Notes: generated by a model not told the origin, from the letters alone. A stretch of DNA of 64,000 nt from Bryobacterales bacterium (GCA_963719445.1 OY970385.1:5249760-5313759); one strand, 5' to 3'. Counted from the stretch's first letter, positions 39,123 to 50,995 are shown. Program-made: numbers and translations.

Positions 39123-39899
39123 TTGCGGCGGCGTCGAAACAAGCAAGGGGGACACGGGCCTTTGACGATCCAGCCATGGTTGTGTACGTCTGCGCGCGCG
39201 GCGGTGGCACTCGCGTTCCTGCTCTCGGCAACCGCCGCGGCCCAGCAACCGGGCCCTCAACCGTCGCCAACCCCAGCTCCTGAGCCCGCGGACCCGGTCG
39301 TCCCCGTTTCCCCGCCGGACAAGCGAATCTTCGGAGTGCTCCCAAACTACCGGACCGCCGAATCCGCGGTGCCGTTCGAGACCATTACGGCCAGGCAGAA
39401 GATGAAGATCGCCGCCAAGGATTCCTTCGACTGGCCGCTGTATCTGACCGGCGGAGCCTTCGCCGGCCTGTACCAGATCGAGAACCAGAACCCGAGCTTC
39501 GGCCAGGGAGTCAAGGGTTACGCCCTGCGCTACGCCACGTCTTACGGCGACCAGATGATCGGCAATATGATGACCGAAGGCATCTGGCCCTCGCTGCTGA
39601 AGGAAGACCCCCGCTATTTCCGGCTCGGAAGGGGCAGCATAAAGGGCCGCCTCTGGTACGCGGCTACGCGCATCTTCGTCACGCGCATGGACTCCGGCGG
39701 CTGGCGCTTCAACGTCTCCGAGCTGGCCGGCAACGCCACGGCGACGGCCATTTCCAACGCTTACTACCCCGACACCAGGGATGTCCGGGACAACGTCGAA
39801 AGGCTGGGAATCCAGTTGGCGACCGATTGCGCCTCCGACATCGGGAAAGAGTTCTGGCCGGACATCAAGCGCAAGCTGTTCAAACGCGAGGCGAAATGA
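39123..39899 (+). CDS. Hypothetical secreted protein
   Basis: Signal-peptide-like AAVALAFLLSATAAAQQ and a Pro-rich linker, then a globular region (FGVLPNYRTAES...DSFDWPLYL...DPRYFRLG). No family name I can assign. Confidence 0.6.
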   Translation: MRRRRNKQGGHGPLTIQPWLCTSARAAVALAFLLSATAAAQQPGPQPSPTPAPEPADPVVPVSPPDKRIFGVLPNYRTAESAVPFETITARQKMKIAAKDSFDWPLYLTGGAFAGLYQIENQNPSFGQGVKGYALRYATSYGDQMIGNMMTEGIWPSLLKEDPRYFRLGRGSIKGRLWYAATRIFVTRMDSGGWRFNVSELAGNATATAISNAYYPDTRDVRDNVERLGIQLATDCASDIGKEFWPDIKRKLFKREAK

Positions 39900-39910
39900 G
39901 TTGGGGGTGG

Positions 39911-39951
39911 GGCAGGCGGTTTCGCCTGCCTGGCAGGCCGCACGGCCCGCC
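39911..39951. repeat. REP-like hairpin variants between convergent genes
   Basis: GGCAGGCGGTTTCGCCTGCC (39911-39930, 8-bp stem) followed by the imperfect GGCAGGCCGCACGGCCCGCC. The stem sequence is related to the GGACAGGCC...GGCCTGTCC family. Confidence 0.4.
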
Positions 39952-39974
39952 CCACGGTGTGTGCGACGTTCTGT

Positions 39975-41006
<1,032 letters not shown>

Positions 41007-41016
41007 CAGGTGGGCG

Positions 41017-41631
41017 CTAGCTGTTCTTGACGACGACGTTCTGCAGGACGTCGGCGACGTCCTCGCAGCGGTCTGTAGTGTCCTCGAGGAGCTCGTAGAT
41101 CTCTTTCTGCTTGATGAGGGCGATGGGGTCCTTTTCCTGCTGGAACAGCTCCGCCACGGCGCGGCGAACCAGCAGATCCGCATAGTCCTCGAGACGGTTG
41201 ACCTCGATGCAGTCGCTCAGCAGCTTCTCGTCCTTGTCGAGCTTCTGGAAGGCCATCTCGAGCGACCTGGCGCAGTCGCGCACCACCTCGCACAGCTCGA
41301 TCGCGGTCGGCGGAATCGGGTCCAGGCGGTAAGCCACCATGCGATAGGCCGCATCTTCGATTCCATCCAGAACGTCGTCGAGACTCGAGGAAAGAGCGTG
41401 AATGTCCTCGGGATCGAGCGGCGTGATGAAGGTTTGGTTGAGGCGGGTGAAGGTTTCGTGGATGATCTCGTCGCCTTCGTCCTCGAGCTGCTGAATGCGC
41501 GCAGCCGCGCGCGAGAGGTGCGAGTTGCCCTCTTTGGCCGCCTCGTACAGGATGCTGGACGCCTCGTTGATGAGGCGCACCTGGTCCAAGAAGGAGGAGA
41601 AGAACTTTTCCTGGCGTGGTAGTAATCTCAT
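41017..41631 (-). CDS. DUF47 (PhoU-like, YkaA-type) phosphate-transport accessory protein
   Basis: LLPRQEKFFSSFLDQV...QLEDEGDEIIHETFTRLNQTFITPLDPEDIHALSSSLDDVLD. The classic DUF47 partner, immediately upstream of pit. Confidence 0.85.
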   Translation of the reverse strand: MRLLPRQEKFFSSFLDQVRLINEASSILYEAAKEGNSHLSRAAARIQQLEDEGDEIIHETFTRLNQTFITPLDPEDIHALSSSLDDVLDGIEDAAYRMVAYRLDPIPPTAIELCEVVRDCARSLEMAFQKLDKDEKLLSDCIEVNRLEDYADLLVRRAVAELFQQEKDPIALIKQKEIYELLEDTTDRCEDVADVLQNVVVKNS

Positions 41632-41698
41632 CGGTGCCTGATCCGGGGAAGAATGACTATCTTCTCACTACCGGAAATAGCAGGTCAATCGGGCCGCC

Positions 41699-42539
41699 TT
41701 AACATTCATCCGGCTTTCCGGCAGCGCGGGAGCCGAGAACGGGAAAAGCGGCCTGCCCCGCCCCGCCCGCTCCGGCCCTTCCGGCGGTCTCGCTCACCCC
41801 GCCCGCGCCGCCGTCAAGGCCGAGATAGCGCGTGTCCAGAAGCCGTGAGGTGTCGACATTGGACATGGCCGCCAGCAGGTGCTCCTTGAGGTTCGGGTAC
41901 GCGCGCTCCAGATTGGCGAACAGGTCGCGCAGCGTCCGTCGCACCGTGCCGGTCTTCTGTGAGCATCCGCAGGGAACCAGGGGAGCGCCGGCCGCTTCGG
42001 CGTATTGCCGCGTTATGTCCTCGGTCACGAACACCAGCGGGCGGATCAGCCGGAACTGCCTATCGCGCGAATGTGTGACTGGCGGCAGCGCGCTCAGCTT
42101 GCCGGTGAAAAGCGCGTTCCTCAGCAGTGCCTCGCAGAAATCGTCGGCGGTGTGCCCGAAGGCGATCACGTTGGCGCCCAGGCCGCGCGCCACTTCGTAG
42201 ACCGCCCGGCGGCGGTAGCGGCTGCACAGGTCGCAGCCGTGTTCGGGCTGGTCCGCGAGCAATCGCAGCGAGGGCGCGTCGCGGAAGTAGGTCCAGGCCA
42301 CGCCTTTCGCTTTGAGATACTCCGCCAGCGGCTCGATGGGCCGCAGGAATTTGCCCTGCTCGATGGTGAAAGCGCAGACCGAGAAATCGACCGGCGCCCG
42401 CTCCTGGAGCAGCAGGAGCGCGTGAAGCAGAGTGAACGAGTCTTTGCCGCCGGAGAGCGCCACGGCCACGCGGTCGCCGTCGCGGATCATCTTGAAGCGG
42501 CCGACGGCCTCTCCGGCTTTCCGCAGCAGAATCTTCTCG

Positions 42540-42547
<8 letters not shown>
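41699..42547 (-). CDS. ttcA: TtcA-family PP-loop ATPase (tRNA 2-thiocytidine synthetase-like)
   Basis: GTG start. VAVALSGGKDSFTLLHAL (SGGxDS PP-loop), CDLCSRYRR, GHTADDFCEALLRN, PCGCSQ. Confidence 0.8.
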
Positions 42548-43715
<1,168 letters not shown>

Positions 43716-43722
43716 CTCGTAA

Positions 43723-44397
43723 ATGGTTCAAATCGTTCCATCTATCCTTTCCGCGGATTTCGCCCGACTGGGAGAGGAGATCCACAAGGTCGAGCAGGGC
43801 GGCGCGACGATGCTGCATGTGGACATCATGGACGGCCATTTTGTTCCCAATCTGACCGTGGGTCCGCCGGTGCTGCGTTCGATTCGCGCCATCACCAAGA
43901 TGACCCTCGACGTCCACCTCATGGTGAGCGATCCCGACAAGTACGCCCCGATTTTCATCGAGGCCGGCGCGGATCAGGTCCTGGTTCACCTGGAGGCGGC
44001 CCGGCACCTGGACGGCACCCTGCGGTCCATTCAGAGCGAGGGCATCCCGGCAGGGGTGGTGCTGAATCCCTCTACGCCGGTTGCCATGCTGGAAGATGTG
44101 CTCGGGTTGGTGGACTACGTGCTGATCATGAGCGTCAACCCCGGCTTCGGCGGCCAGCGGTTTATTCCTCACTCGCTCGACAAGATCCGCGCGCTGGACC
44201 GGCGGCGCAAGGAGTTGGGATTGAACTTCGCCATCGAGATCGACGGCGGCGTGAACGTGGAGAACCTGGCGGACATCGTGCGGGCAGGGTGCGACTGGGT
44301 CGTGAGCGGAGCGTCGATCTTCAAAAGCCCCGATCCGGCGGCCACCGTCGCCAGGATGCGGGAGATCGCGCAAAACGCAACCGCGGTTCGGGTGTAG
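43723..44397 (+). CDS. rpe: Ribulose-phosphate 3-epimerase
   Basis: IVPSILSADFARLGEEI...LHVDIMDGHFVPNLT...DVHLMV...MSVNPGFGGQRFI...IEIDGGV. Confidence 0.95.
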   Translation: MVQIVPSILSADFARLGEEIHKVEQGGATMLHVDIMDGHFVPNLTVGPPVLRSIRAITKMTLDVHLMVSDPDKYAPIFIEAGADQVLVHLEAARHLDGTLRSIQSEGIPAGVVLNPSTPVAMLEDVLGLVDYVLIMSVNPGFGGQRFIPHSLDKIRALDRRRKELGLNFAIEIDGGVNVENLADIVRAGCDWVVSGASIFKSPDPAATVARMREIAQNATAVRV

Positions 44398-44441
44398 GAT
44401 TTATAGATTGGGTCTTCGGTCCGTGGTCTGAGTAAAGATCT

Positions 44442-45587
44442 ATGAAGGTTCGCAAAAACTGGATTCCTAGTGGCGTCATCCTGGTCCTGATCGCGGGGCT
44501 TACGTGCTCTTGCGTATACAAGGCGAAGAAGTACGACAACCCCATCACCAAGGACACGCAGCAGCCCGATAAGGTCCTGTTCGATGCGGCGATTAACGAT
44601 CTGGAACATAGCCGCTTCGAGGTGGCTCGCCTGACTCTGAACACCCTCATGAACACCTACGACCAGAGCGAGTACATGGCCAAGGCCAAGCTCGCGCTGG
44701 CGGACAGTTGGTTTCGCGAGGGCGGCTCGCACGGGTGGGCGCAGGCTGAGGCCGAGTACAAAGACTTCCAACTCTTCTATCCCACCATGGAAGAGTCCGC
44801 CGAGGCGCAGGAGAAGGTCTGCGAGATCGAGCTCAAGCAGATGGACAAGTCCGACCGCGACCCCACGCACGCCCTCCGCGCGGACGCCGAGTGCCGCGCC
44901 CTGTTGACGCAGTACCCCAACAGCAAGTTCGCTCCCAAGGGGCAGCAGATCATGCGCGAGATCCAGGAGGTGCTGGCGGATGAAGAGTTCCGGGCCGGCA
45001 CGTTCTATTACGGCAAAGGCGTCTATTACTCGGCAGCCAACCGCCTGCAAGGCCTGGTCGACCACTATCCGCTCTATAGCAAGTCGGACCGCGCGCTCTG
45101 GGAGGCCGGCGACTCGTACGCCAAGCTCGGTCCGAAATTCCGCAATCAGAGCGCCGATGCCTTCACCCGGCTGGCGCGCGACTACCCGCTGAGCCCGCTG
45201 GCCGACCAGGCAAAGAAGCGGCTGAAGGATTTGGAGAAGCCGATCCCGGACCCGGATCCGGTGTCGCTGGCCCACCAGAAGTATGAGCTGGAGAACCACA
45301 CCAAGGCGAGCGTGTTTAGCCGCTTCTGGGGGGTTTTCCGTAGCCGTCCCGACGTTTCGATGGCCGCCAAGTCCGGCCAGCCCGCCATGGATACCCTGCG
45401 GCCGACGACTCCGGTCACGGTTCCGGTCGAGGCAGCGCCGGGCACGGCTGGCTCGGACGTGACGGCCAGCCCCATTACCGGATCCTCGGCGCTCGACACT
45501 CAGCCCGACGCCCGGACAAATCCTCCTAACCAGGGCGCCGACGCGCAGCCCGCTCCGCCCAAGGACCAGCCTGCAAAGACGAAATGA
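44442..45587 (+). CDS. bamD: Outer-membrane protein assembly factor BamD-like lipoprotein with Pro-rich tail
   Basis: Lipoprotein-like N-terminus (VLIAGLTCSC). YfiO/BamD TPR pattern (LFDAAINDLEHSRFEVARLTL...YDQSEYMAKAKLALADSWF...FYPTMEESAEAQ...YPNSKFA...YPLYSKSDRALWE). Confidence 0.7.
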   Translation: MKVRKNWIPSGVILVLIAGLTCSCVYKAKKYDNPITKDTQQPDKVLFDAAINDLEHSRFEVARLTLNTLMNTYDQSEYMAKAKLALADSWFREGGSHGWAQAEAEYKDFQLFYPTMEESAEAQEKVCEIELKQMDKSDRDPTHALRADAECRALLTQYPNSKFAPKGQQIMREIQEVLADEEFRAGTFYYGKGVYYSAANRLQGLVDHYPLYSKSDRALWEAGDSYAKLGPKFRNQSADAFTRLARDYPLSPLADQAKKRLKDLEKPIPDPDPVSLAHQKYELENHTKASVFSRFWGVFRSRPDVSMAAKSGQPAMDTLRPTTPVTVPVEAAPGTAGSDVTASPITGSSALDTQPDARTNPPNQGADAQPAPPKDQPAKTK

Positions 45588-46237
45588 GCCGGATTCTCTT
45601 GGCTGACGACAGCCCCCATGCCCAGCGTATGGGCGAGAGGATTCTGTGCGAGGAAGGGTTCGAGGTCGTCACCGTCACCGACGGCGAAACGGCTCTCATC
45701 CGGCTGGAGGATGTCGACCCGGACGTGGTGCTCGCCGACGTTTTTCTGCCGCTCCACTCGGGCTACGAGATCTGCCAGTACGTCAAGACTCAGCCCCGCT
45801 ACCGGCACGCGCGTGTAGTGCTGCTGGCCGGACTGCTCGAGCCGGTCGACGAAGCGGCGGCCAGCCGCGTGGGCGCCGATGCCGTGCTGAAGAAGCCCTT
45901 CGAAGCCTCCGCCATGGTGGCCTTGATCGGGCCGCTGGTCGAGGCCGCGCAGGCAGCGCGCAAGGAGGCCGTGGACAAGCCAAACGGCCCGCCCCACGCG
46001 CCCGCACAGGCCGCACCTGAGCCCGCTCCCGAACCCGCGCCACCAGAGGAGGGGCCCGAGCCCGCACCCGCGCCGGAAGAGGCAGGCCATGAGGCCCCTG
46101 CGGAGACAAGCCAGGAGCCCTGTGCTACGATTGACGCCGAACGCGTCAGGGCGGCCGTGACGGTAGCGCTCGATCGCGCCATGCCCGCCATGATCGACGA
46201 GATCACCGAGTGGGTCTTGGCGGCTTTGGGACAATAG
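45584..46237 (+). CDS. Response regulator: receiver domain plus Pro/Ala-rich linker and small C-terminal domain
   Basis: ATG overlaps the bamD stop (ATGA). ILLADDSPHAQ...DVVLADVFLPLHSGYE...GADAVLKKPF. No recognisable DNA-binding output domain. Confidence 0.8.
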   Translation: MSRILLADDSPHAQRMGERILCEEGFEVVTVTDGETALIRLEDVDPDVVLADVFLPLHSGYEICQYVKTQPRYRHARVVLLAGLLEPVDEAAASRVGADAVLKKPFEASAMVALIGPLVEAAQAARKEAVDKPNGPPHAPAQAAPEPAPEPAPPEEGPEPAPAPEEAGHEAPAETSQEPCATIDAERVRAAVTVALDRAMPAMIDEITEWVLAALGQ

Positions 46238-46243
46238 ACTGCG

Positions 46244-46744
46244 ATGCCCGACAACAGCTTCGATATCGTCTCCAGGATCGACCTCAACGAGGTCAACAAC
46301 GCCATACACCAGGCGATGAAGGAAATCACCGTCCGCTTCGACCTGAAGAACTCGAAATCCCACATCGAGCTGAACGAGAAGGACAAGAAGATTCAGCTCT
46401 CTAGCGCCGATGAGTTCAAGCTTCGCGCGATCATTGAGATCCTCGAACTGCGCCTCGTGAAGCGCGGCGTGCCGCTCAAGGGTCTCACCTACGGCGAGGT
46501 CATCCCGGCGGCGGGCTCGACCGTCCGGCAGGAGGTCTCGATCCAATCGGGAATCCCGATCGAGAAGGCGCGCGAGATCGTCAAGAAGGTGAAGGAGGCC
46601 AAGCTGAAGGTGCAGGCGTCCATCCAGGGCGATCTGGTTCGCGTCAGCGGCAAAAACCGCGACGACCTCCAGCAGGTGATCCAGTTGCTGCGCGCCCAGG
46701 ACTTCGGCATCGACACGCAGATCACCAACTACCGCACCTTCTGA
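46244..46744 (+). CDS. yajQ: YajQ-family nucleotide/cyclic-di-GMP-binding protein (UPF0234)
   Basis: MPDNSFDIVSRIDLNEVNNAIHQAMKEITVRFDLKNS...KLKVQASIQGDLVRVSGKNRDDLQ. Near-canonical YajQ sequence. Confidence 0.9.
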   Translation: MPDNSFDIVSRIDLNEVNNAIHQAMKEITVRFDLKNSKSHIELNEKDKKIQLSSADEFKLRAIIEILELRLVKRGVPLKGLTYGEVIPAAGSTVRQEVSIQSGIPIEKAREIVKKVKEAKLKVQASIQGDLVRVSGKNRDDLQQVIQLLRAQDFGIDTQITNYRTF

Positions 46745-46747
46745 GGG

Positions 46748-47395
46748 GTGGTGGCTCGCGCAATTAAATCCTTACTGCTCAACGGTCCATCCGGAAGGCT
46801 GGAAGCGTTGCTGGAAGAGCCGGAGGACGCTTCTCCGCGCCAGGCGGCGCTGGTGGCCCATCCCCATCCACTCTACGGCGGCACCATGCACAACAAGGTG
46901 GTGCACCGGCTGGCGCGCGGGTTCCGAAGAGCCGGGGCGGCCGTCCTGCGGTTCAATTTCCGTGGCGTCGGCAGGAGCGAGGGCGCCTATGACGGCAGCT
47001 CTGGAGAGATCGAAGACGCGCGTGCCTGCCTCGAGTGGCTGCGTTCCCGCTATCCGTCTCTCCCTTACACGCTGGCCGGGTTCTCCTTCGGCTCGGGGGT
47101 GGTCTTGCGGTTGGGGTGCGAGCTGATGACGGCTTCCCGCGTGGTGGCCGCCGGGTTTCCGACCCGCATGGGCGACGCTCCCGGATGGCTGTTGGGCTGC
47201 ACCGTGCCGCGCGTCTTCATCCAGAGCACGCACGACCAGTTCGGACCGCAAGCGGAGTTCCAGCCCTTCTTCGACGCGCTGCCGGAGCCCAAGCGGCTGG
47301 TCTGGATCGCAGCGGCCGACCACTTCTTCGCCGGTGGTCTGGGCGAGCTGGAGGAAGCCGCTTTCGAATGCCTTGTCCGATCACGGAAATGCTGA
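46748..47395 (+). CDS. Alpha/beta hydrolase (small, YqiA/KANL3-like)
   Basis: LVAHPHPLYGGTMHNKVV...FNFRGVGRSEG...LAGFSFGSGV (GxSxG)...AADHFF. Confidence 0.75.
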   Translation: MVARAIKSLLLNGPSGRLEALLEEPEDASPRQAALVAHPHPLYGGTMHNKVVHRLARGFRRAGAAVLRFNFRGVGRSEGAYDGSSGEIEDARACLEWLRSRYPSLPYTLAGFSFGSGVVLRLGCELMTASRVVAAGFPTRMGDAPGWLLGCTVPRVFIQSTHDQFGPQAEFQPFFDALPEPKRLVWIAAADHFFAGGLGELEEAAFECLVRSRKC

Positions 47396-47428
47396 AGCAG
47401 GACAGGCTTCAGCGGCCGAGGGCCGGCC
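47391..47428. terminator. Tandem hairpins between convergent genes (putative bidirectional terminator)
   Basis: GCTGAAGC-AGGACAG-GCTTCAGC (47391-47413, includes the stop codon of the hydrolase gene), followed by GGCCG-AGGGC-CGGCC (47414-47428), abutting the stop of the minus-strand response regulator. Confidence 0.5.
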
Positions 47429-47872
47429 TTACGTGGCGTTACGCAGTTCGCGCTCTACCTTGCGGGTGGCGCGTTCACTGACCAGATCCGCGATGCGGCT
47501 CAGAAGGCCAGGTAGATCTTCCGGCTCGATCAGGACCATGCCGGAATTCCTTGTGCCACGCGAGCGCTTGTGGTCCTGGTAGGTGGTGATCAGAGCGGTC
47601 GCCGGCTTGTAGTCCATCATCCGGGCGTGTGCTAGTACTTTCAACCCAGCCTCGGGCGATTCCATCCGCAGATCGGTCAGCACCAATTCGTACTCGCTCT
47701 CGTCCAACTTGCCGACCGCCTCCGCCGCAGAGGCTGCGGCATCGACGCGGTACCCGCCCGCCTCTAGTACCGTCTGGAGGGTGAGCCGGGATGTCATGTC
47801 ACCGTCAACGAGCAAGACTCGTGCCAATTCGAGTCCGCGACTTCGGGAAATCCGGTAGGACGTCGCCATCAA
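47429..47872 (-). CDS. Single-domain response regulator (receiver only)
   Basis: VLLVDGDMTSRLTLQTVLEAGGYRVD...ELVLTDLRMESPEAGLKVL...ALITTY. Confidence 0.8.
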   Translation of the reverse strand: MMATSYRISRSRGLELARVLLVDGDMTSRLTLQTVLEAGGYRVDAAASAAEAVGKLDESEYELVLTDLRMESPEAGLKVLAHARMMDYKPATALITTYQDHKRSRGTRNSGMVLIEPEDLPGLLSRIADLVSERATRKVERELRNAT

Positions 47873-48471
47873 CTTCCTTCAACTCAAGTCTAACCCAGGC
47901 TTCCCCAAAAATCACGGCATTTTATTGGCCGCTGCTCCAGTACCGATAGGACCCGTCTGCAGCGTCAGAACGCGGGCTGCAGATCGGCCCTCGTAAGGAA
48001 TGACATGACACACATATAAGCACCTTATAATCAATAAGTTGCAACGTACTCCTGCGACTGTTCTTGAAGTGCCTTCGGCGGGGCTCAGGACTCGTTCATG
48101 CCGGAGCGTAACATCGGTGACCAGAAAGCCCCGCGCCGCAGACGCGGGGGAGCAACGTGGAGCACGGGTGGGTGGCCAGCCTGGCTCGCTCCGCGCAAGC
48201 GAGTTTTCGCCTGGGATCCGCCGTGGCAAGCCCCGGCCACGGCGTGCCCGGCGTGGCTGTGCGCTCGACCCGCCGACGCGATCCGTTCACAGTACCAACG
48301 TGCGCGGCCAGCGTTAGCGGGCGCTCACATCGGCGCCGAATAGCCAATGGTGAACCCGAGATTGAAAGCTCGCCTTCGCTGGGACGAAAGTACTAGAACG
48401 TCCAAGAAGAGCGCCCTCCCCTGGGCCCGCGATGGCAACGCCCCGACGCCCGGCCTCGGCAGGGCTGACGA

Positions 48472-49785
48472 TCATTCCCTGCCGAAGACGCGCTCGAAGA
48501 TCGCGCCGACGTTGCGCAACTGGCGATCGAGCGAGAAGGCGTGCGCGATTTCGCCGGCGCTCAGTACGGCACGGATCTCCGGGTCCGCCTCGACGGCGGC
48601 GCGGAAGTCCCCGCCCTGCTCCCAGCAACGCATCGCATGCCCCTGCACCAGGCGGTAGGCCGTCTCCCGCAGCACGCCGGCGGCGGCCAGATCGTTGAGA
48701 AGCTGCGCCGAGAAGATCAGTCCTCCGGTAAGGTCCAGGTTGCGGCGCATGCGCTCGGGGAAGACGCGCATGTTGCGCACCAGGCTGGTGGTCCGGGCCA
48801 GCAGATAGTCGGTCAGGATGGTGGAATCGGGCAAAATGACCCGCTCAACCGAGGAATGCGAGATGTCGCGCTCGTGCCACAGCGCGATGTTCTCGAAACC
48901 GGCCTGGACATTGGCGCGCACCACGCGGGCCAGGCCACAGATCTGCTCGCAGGTGACCGGATTGCGTTTGTGGGGCATGACCGAGCTGCCCTTCTGGCCG
49001 GCCGAGAACGCCTCTTCCGCCTCGCGCACCTCGGTGCGCTGGAGGTGGCGCACCTCGAGCGCGATCTTCTCGAGCAGCGCGGCGATCAGCGCCAGCGCGC
49101 AGAGGTAGGCCGCATGCCGGTCGCGCGAGAGCACCTGCGAGGCGATGGGAGCCGCCCGCAGGCCCAGCCTGGCGCAGATGCGCTCCTCGGCCTCGGGCGG
49201 GGTGTGAGAGAAGGTCCCCACGGCGCCGGAGATCTTTCCCACTTCCATCTCCCGCGCAGCCGCCGAAAAGCGCTCCTGGTTGCGGACGGCCTCGTCATAC
49301 CACAAGGCGAACTTGAGGCCGAAGGTGATGGGCTCGGCGTGCACGCCATGGGTGCGCCCCACCTGCACCGTGTCCTTGAACTCGAAGGCGCGTTCCTTGA
49401 GCGCGGCGCGAAGGCCGGCCAGACCGGCTAGCAGCAGCTTCGAGGCCTGAGCGATCTGCAAAGCCTGCGCCGTATCGACCACGTCGTTCGAGGTGAGACC
49501 GTAATGCAGCCAGCGCGAGGCGTCGGCCTCGCCGGCCGCGGCCATGGATTCGGCTACCGCCGTGGTGAAGGCGACCACGTCGTGCTTGACCTCACGCTCG
49601 ATTTCGAAGATGCGGGCGACCTCGAAGCTGGCGTGCTGGCGCAGCAGGCGCGCCGCCTCCGGGGGAACCTCGCCCATTTCGGCCAGCGCTTCCGAGGCCG
49701 CGAGCTCGACTTCGAGCCAGGTCCTGAACTTGTTCTCATCGCTCCAGATCCGGCCCATCTCCGGCCGTGTGTATCGCGCAATCAT
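48472..49785 (-). CDS. purB: Adenylosuccinate lyase
   Basis: MIARYTRPEMGRIWSDENKF...LTSNDVVDT...GRTHGVHAEPITFG...GSSVMPHKRNP (fumarate-lyase signature). Confidence 0.95.
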   Translation of the reverse strand: MIARYTRPEMGRIWSDENKFRTWLEVELAASEALAEMGEVPPEAARLLRQHASFEVARIFEIEREVKHDVVAFTTAVAESMAAAGEADASRWLHYGLTSNDVVDTAQALQIAQASKLLLAGLAGLRAALKERAFEFKDTVQVGRTHGVHAEPITFGLKFALWYDEAVRNQERFSAAAREMEVGKISGAVGTFSHTPPEAEERICARLGLRAAPIASQVLSRDRHAAYLCALALIAALLEKIALEVRHLQRTEVREAEEAFSAGQKGSSVMPHKRNPVTCEQICGLARVVRANVQAGFENIALWHERDISHSSVERVILPDSTILTDYLLARTTSLVRNMRVFPERMRRNLDLTGGLIFSAQLLNDLAAAGVLRETAYRLVQGHAMRCWEQGGDFRAAVEADPEIRAVLSAGEIAHAFSLDRQLRNVGAIFERVFGRE

Positions 49786-49794
49786 GACGGTCCT

Positions 49795-50550
49795 CTATAA
49801 GTGAAAGGTTTCGGTCGGCTCGCGGTGGCCGGCAATCACCAGGCGGGTCGCGAGGCCACGGCCGGCGAGCGCCTGGGTGGCGGAGAGCCGCGCAATTTCC
49901 GGGTGGTTGTTGTGTTCGCTCAGATGGCCCAGGACGAGCGTGCGCACGGCCGAGTCCAGGTCCGAAACGATGAACTCCGCCACGGCATCGTTCGACAGGT
50001 GGCCGCTGCGGCTCATCACGCGCTGCTTGACGGCCCACGGGTAGGGCCCCACTTTCAGCATCTCGAGGTCGTGGTTCGATTCGAGGATGAGCAGGTCCGC
50101 TCCGCGCAGGTGGAACTTGATCGAATCCGGGATGTAGCCCAGGTCGGTGACCAACCCGACCTTGAGTCCCTGGGAACGGAAGCAGAAGCCGACCGGGTCG
50201 GCGGCGTCGTGGGGAATGGTAAAGCTATCGATCTCGATGTCGCCGACCGCAATGCGCGCTCCGGCCTGGAAGGTCTCGATTTTCGGATCGTAGCCATTCC
50301 AGGCGATGGCGGGGGCGGCCAGCCGGGTGAGAAAAACGGGAACTTGCAGGCTCTTGGCGATAACCGGCAGGCCGGAGACATGGTCGGAGTGTTCGTGGGA
50401 GATCAGGATGGCGTCGATGCGCTCGAACTCGTCGCCCACGGCGGCCAACCGCCGCCTGAGCTCGCGGCGGCTGAGGCCGGCATCGACCAGCAGCCGCGTA
50501 CGCGCGGTCGAAACGAGCGTCGCGTTTCCGGAGCTTCCGCTTGCCAGCAC
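49795..50550 (-). CDS. MBL-fold metallo-hydrolase
   Basis: LASGSSGNATLV...ILISHEHSDHVSGL (HxHxDH)...ESNHD...SGHLSN. GTG start. An upstream ATC preceded by GGAGG would add ILKIS. Confidence 0.85.
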   Translation of the reverse strand: MLASGSSGNATLVSTARTRLLVDAGLSRRELRRRLAAVGDEFERIDAILISHEHSDHVSGLPVIAKSLQVPVFLTRLAAPAIAWNGYDPKIETFQAGARIAVGDIEIDSFTIPHDAADPVGFCFRSQGLKVGLVTDLGYIPDSIKFHLRGADLLILESNHDLEMLKVGPYPWAVKQRVMSRSGHLSNDAVAEFIVSDLDSAVRTLVLGHLSEHNNHPEIARLSATQALAGRGLATRLVIAGHREPTETFHL

Positions 50551-50641
50551 CGAGATCTTGAGGATGGGCCCTCCTGGGAGCTATCAGTTGTAGCATACCG
50601 CGGCTGGGCGCACTGCACGTTACGTTTCGAGAACGGCTAGA

Positions 50642-50899
50642 ATGGGGATTCCCATGAAAGTCCGAGTGTTCGTTTCCTTGAAGCCAACCGTCCTCGACCC
50701 CCAGGGACAAACCATCTGCACCGCGCTCAACGGCTTGGGGCACCGTGCCATCGGCAGCGTGCGGCAGGGGAAGTACTTCGACATCCAGCTCGCGCCCGGC
50801 GCTTCGCGTGAAAACGCCCGCCAGGAGATGGAGCAGATCGCCCGTGACGTGCTCGCCAACCCGGTGATCGAAGAGTTCCGGGTCGAGTTCCTCGACTAG
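50642..50899 (+). CDS. purS: Phosphoribosylformylglycinamidine synthase subunit PurS
   Basis: MKVRVFVSLKPTVLDPQGQTICTALNGLGH...VRQGKYFDIQL...ANPVIEEFRVEF. The start may be the second ATG at 50654. Confidence 0.9.
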   Translation: MGIPMKVRVFVSLKPTVLDPQGQTICTALNGLGHRAIGSVRQGKYFDIQLAPGASRENARQEMEQIARDVLANPVIEEFRVEFLD

Positions 50900-50995
50900 C
50901 CGCCCGCCCTCGCGAGCGCAGGCGGCGCGGACCGCAGTCTGCGTGTAGTCGCGCCGTTCGCCTCAAGCTCTCCAGCCCAACCGCCGATAAGACCG

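Noticed and set aside
47873-48471. Whether the 600-bp gap holds a housekeeping RNA (tmRNA, RNase P RNA, SRP RNA, group II intron)
   Set aside because: None of the invariant blocks I know is present on either strand. These include the tRNA-like GGTTCGA.TCC end and tag ORF of tmRNA, GAGGAAAGTCCGGGC of RNase P, the GGAAGCAGCC-type helix 8 motif of SRP RNA, and a domain V-like intron hairpin. It is kept only as a candidate novel sRNA locus.
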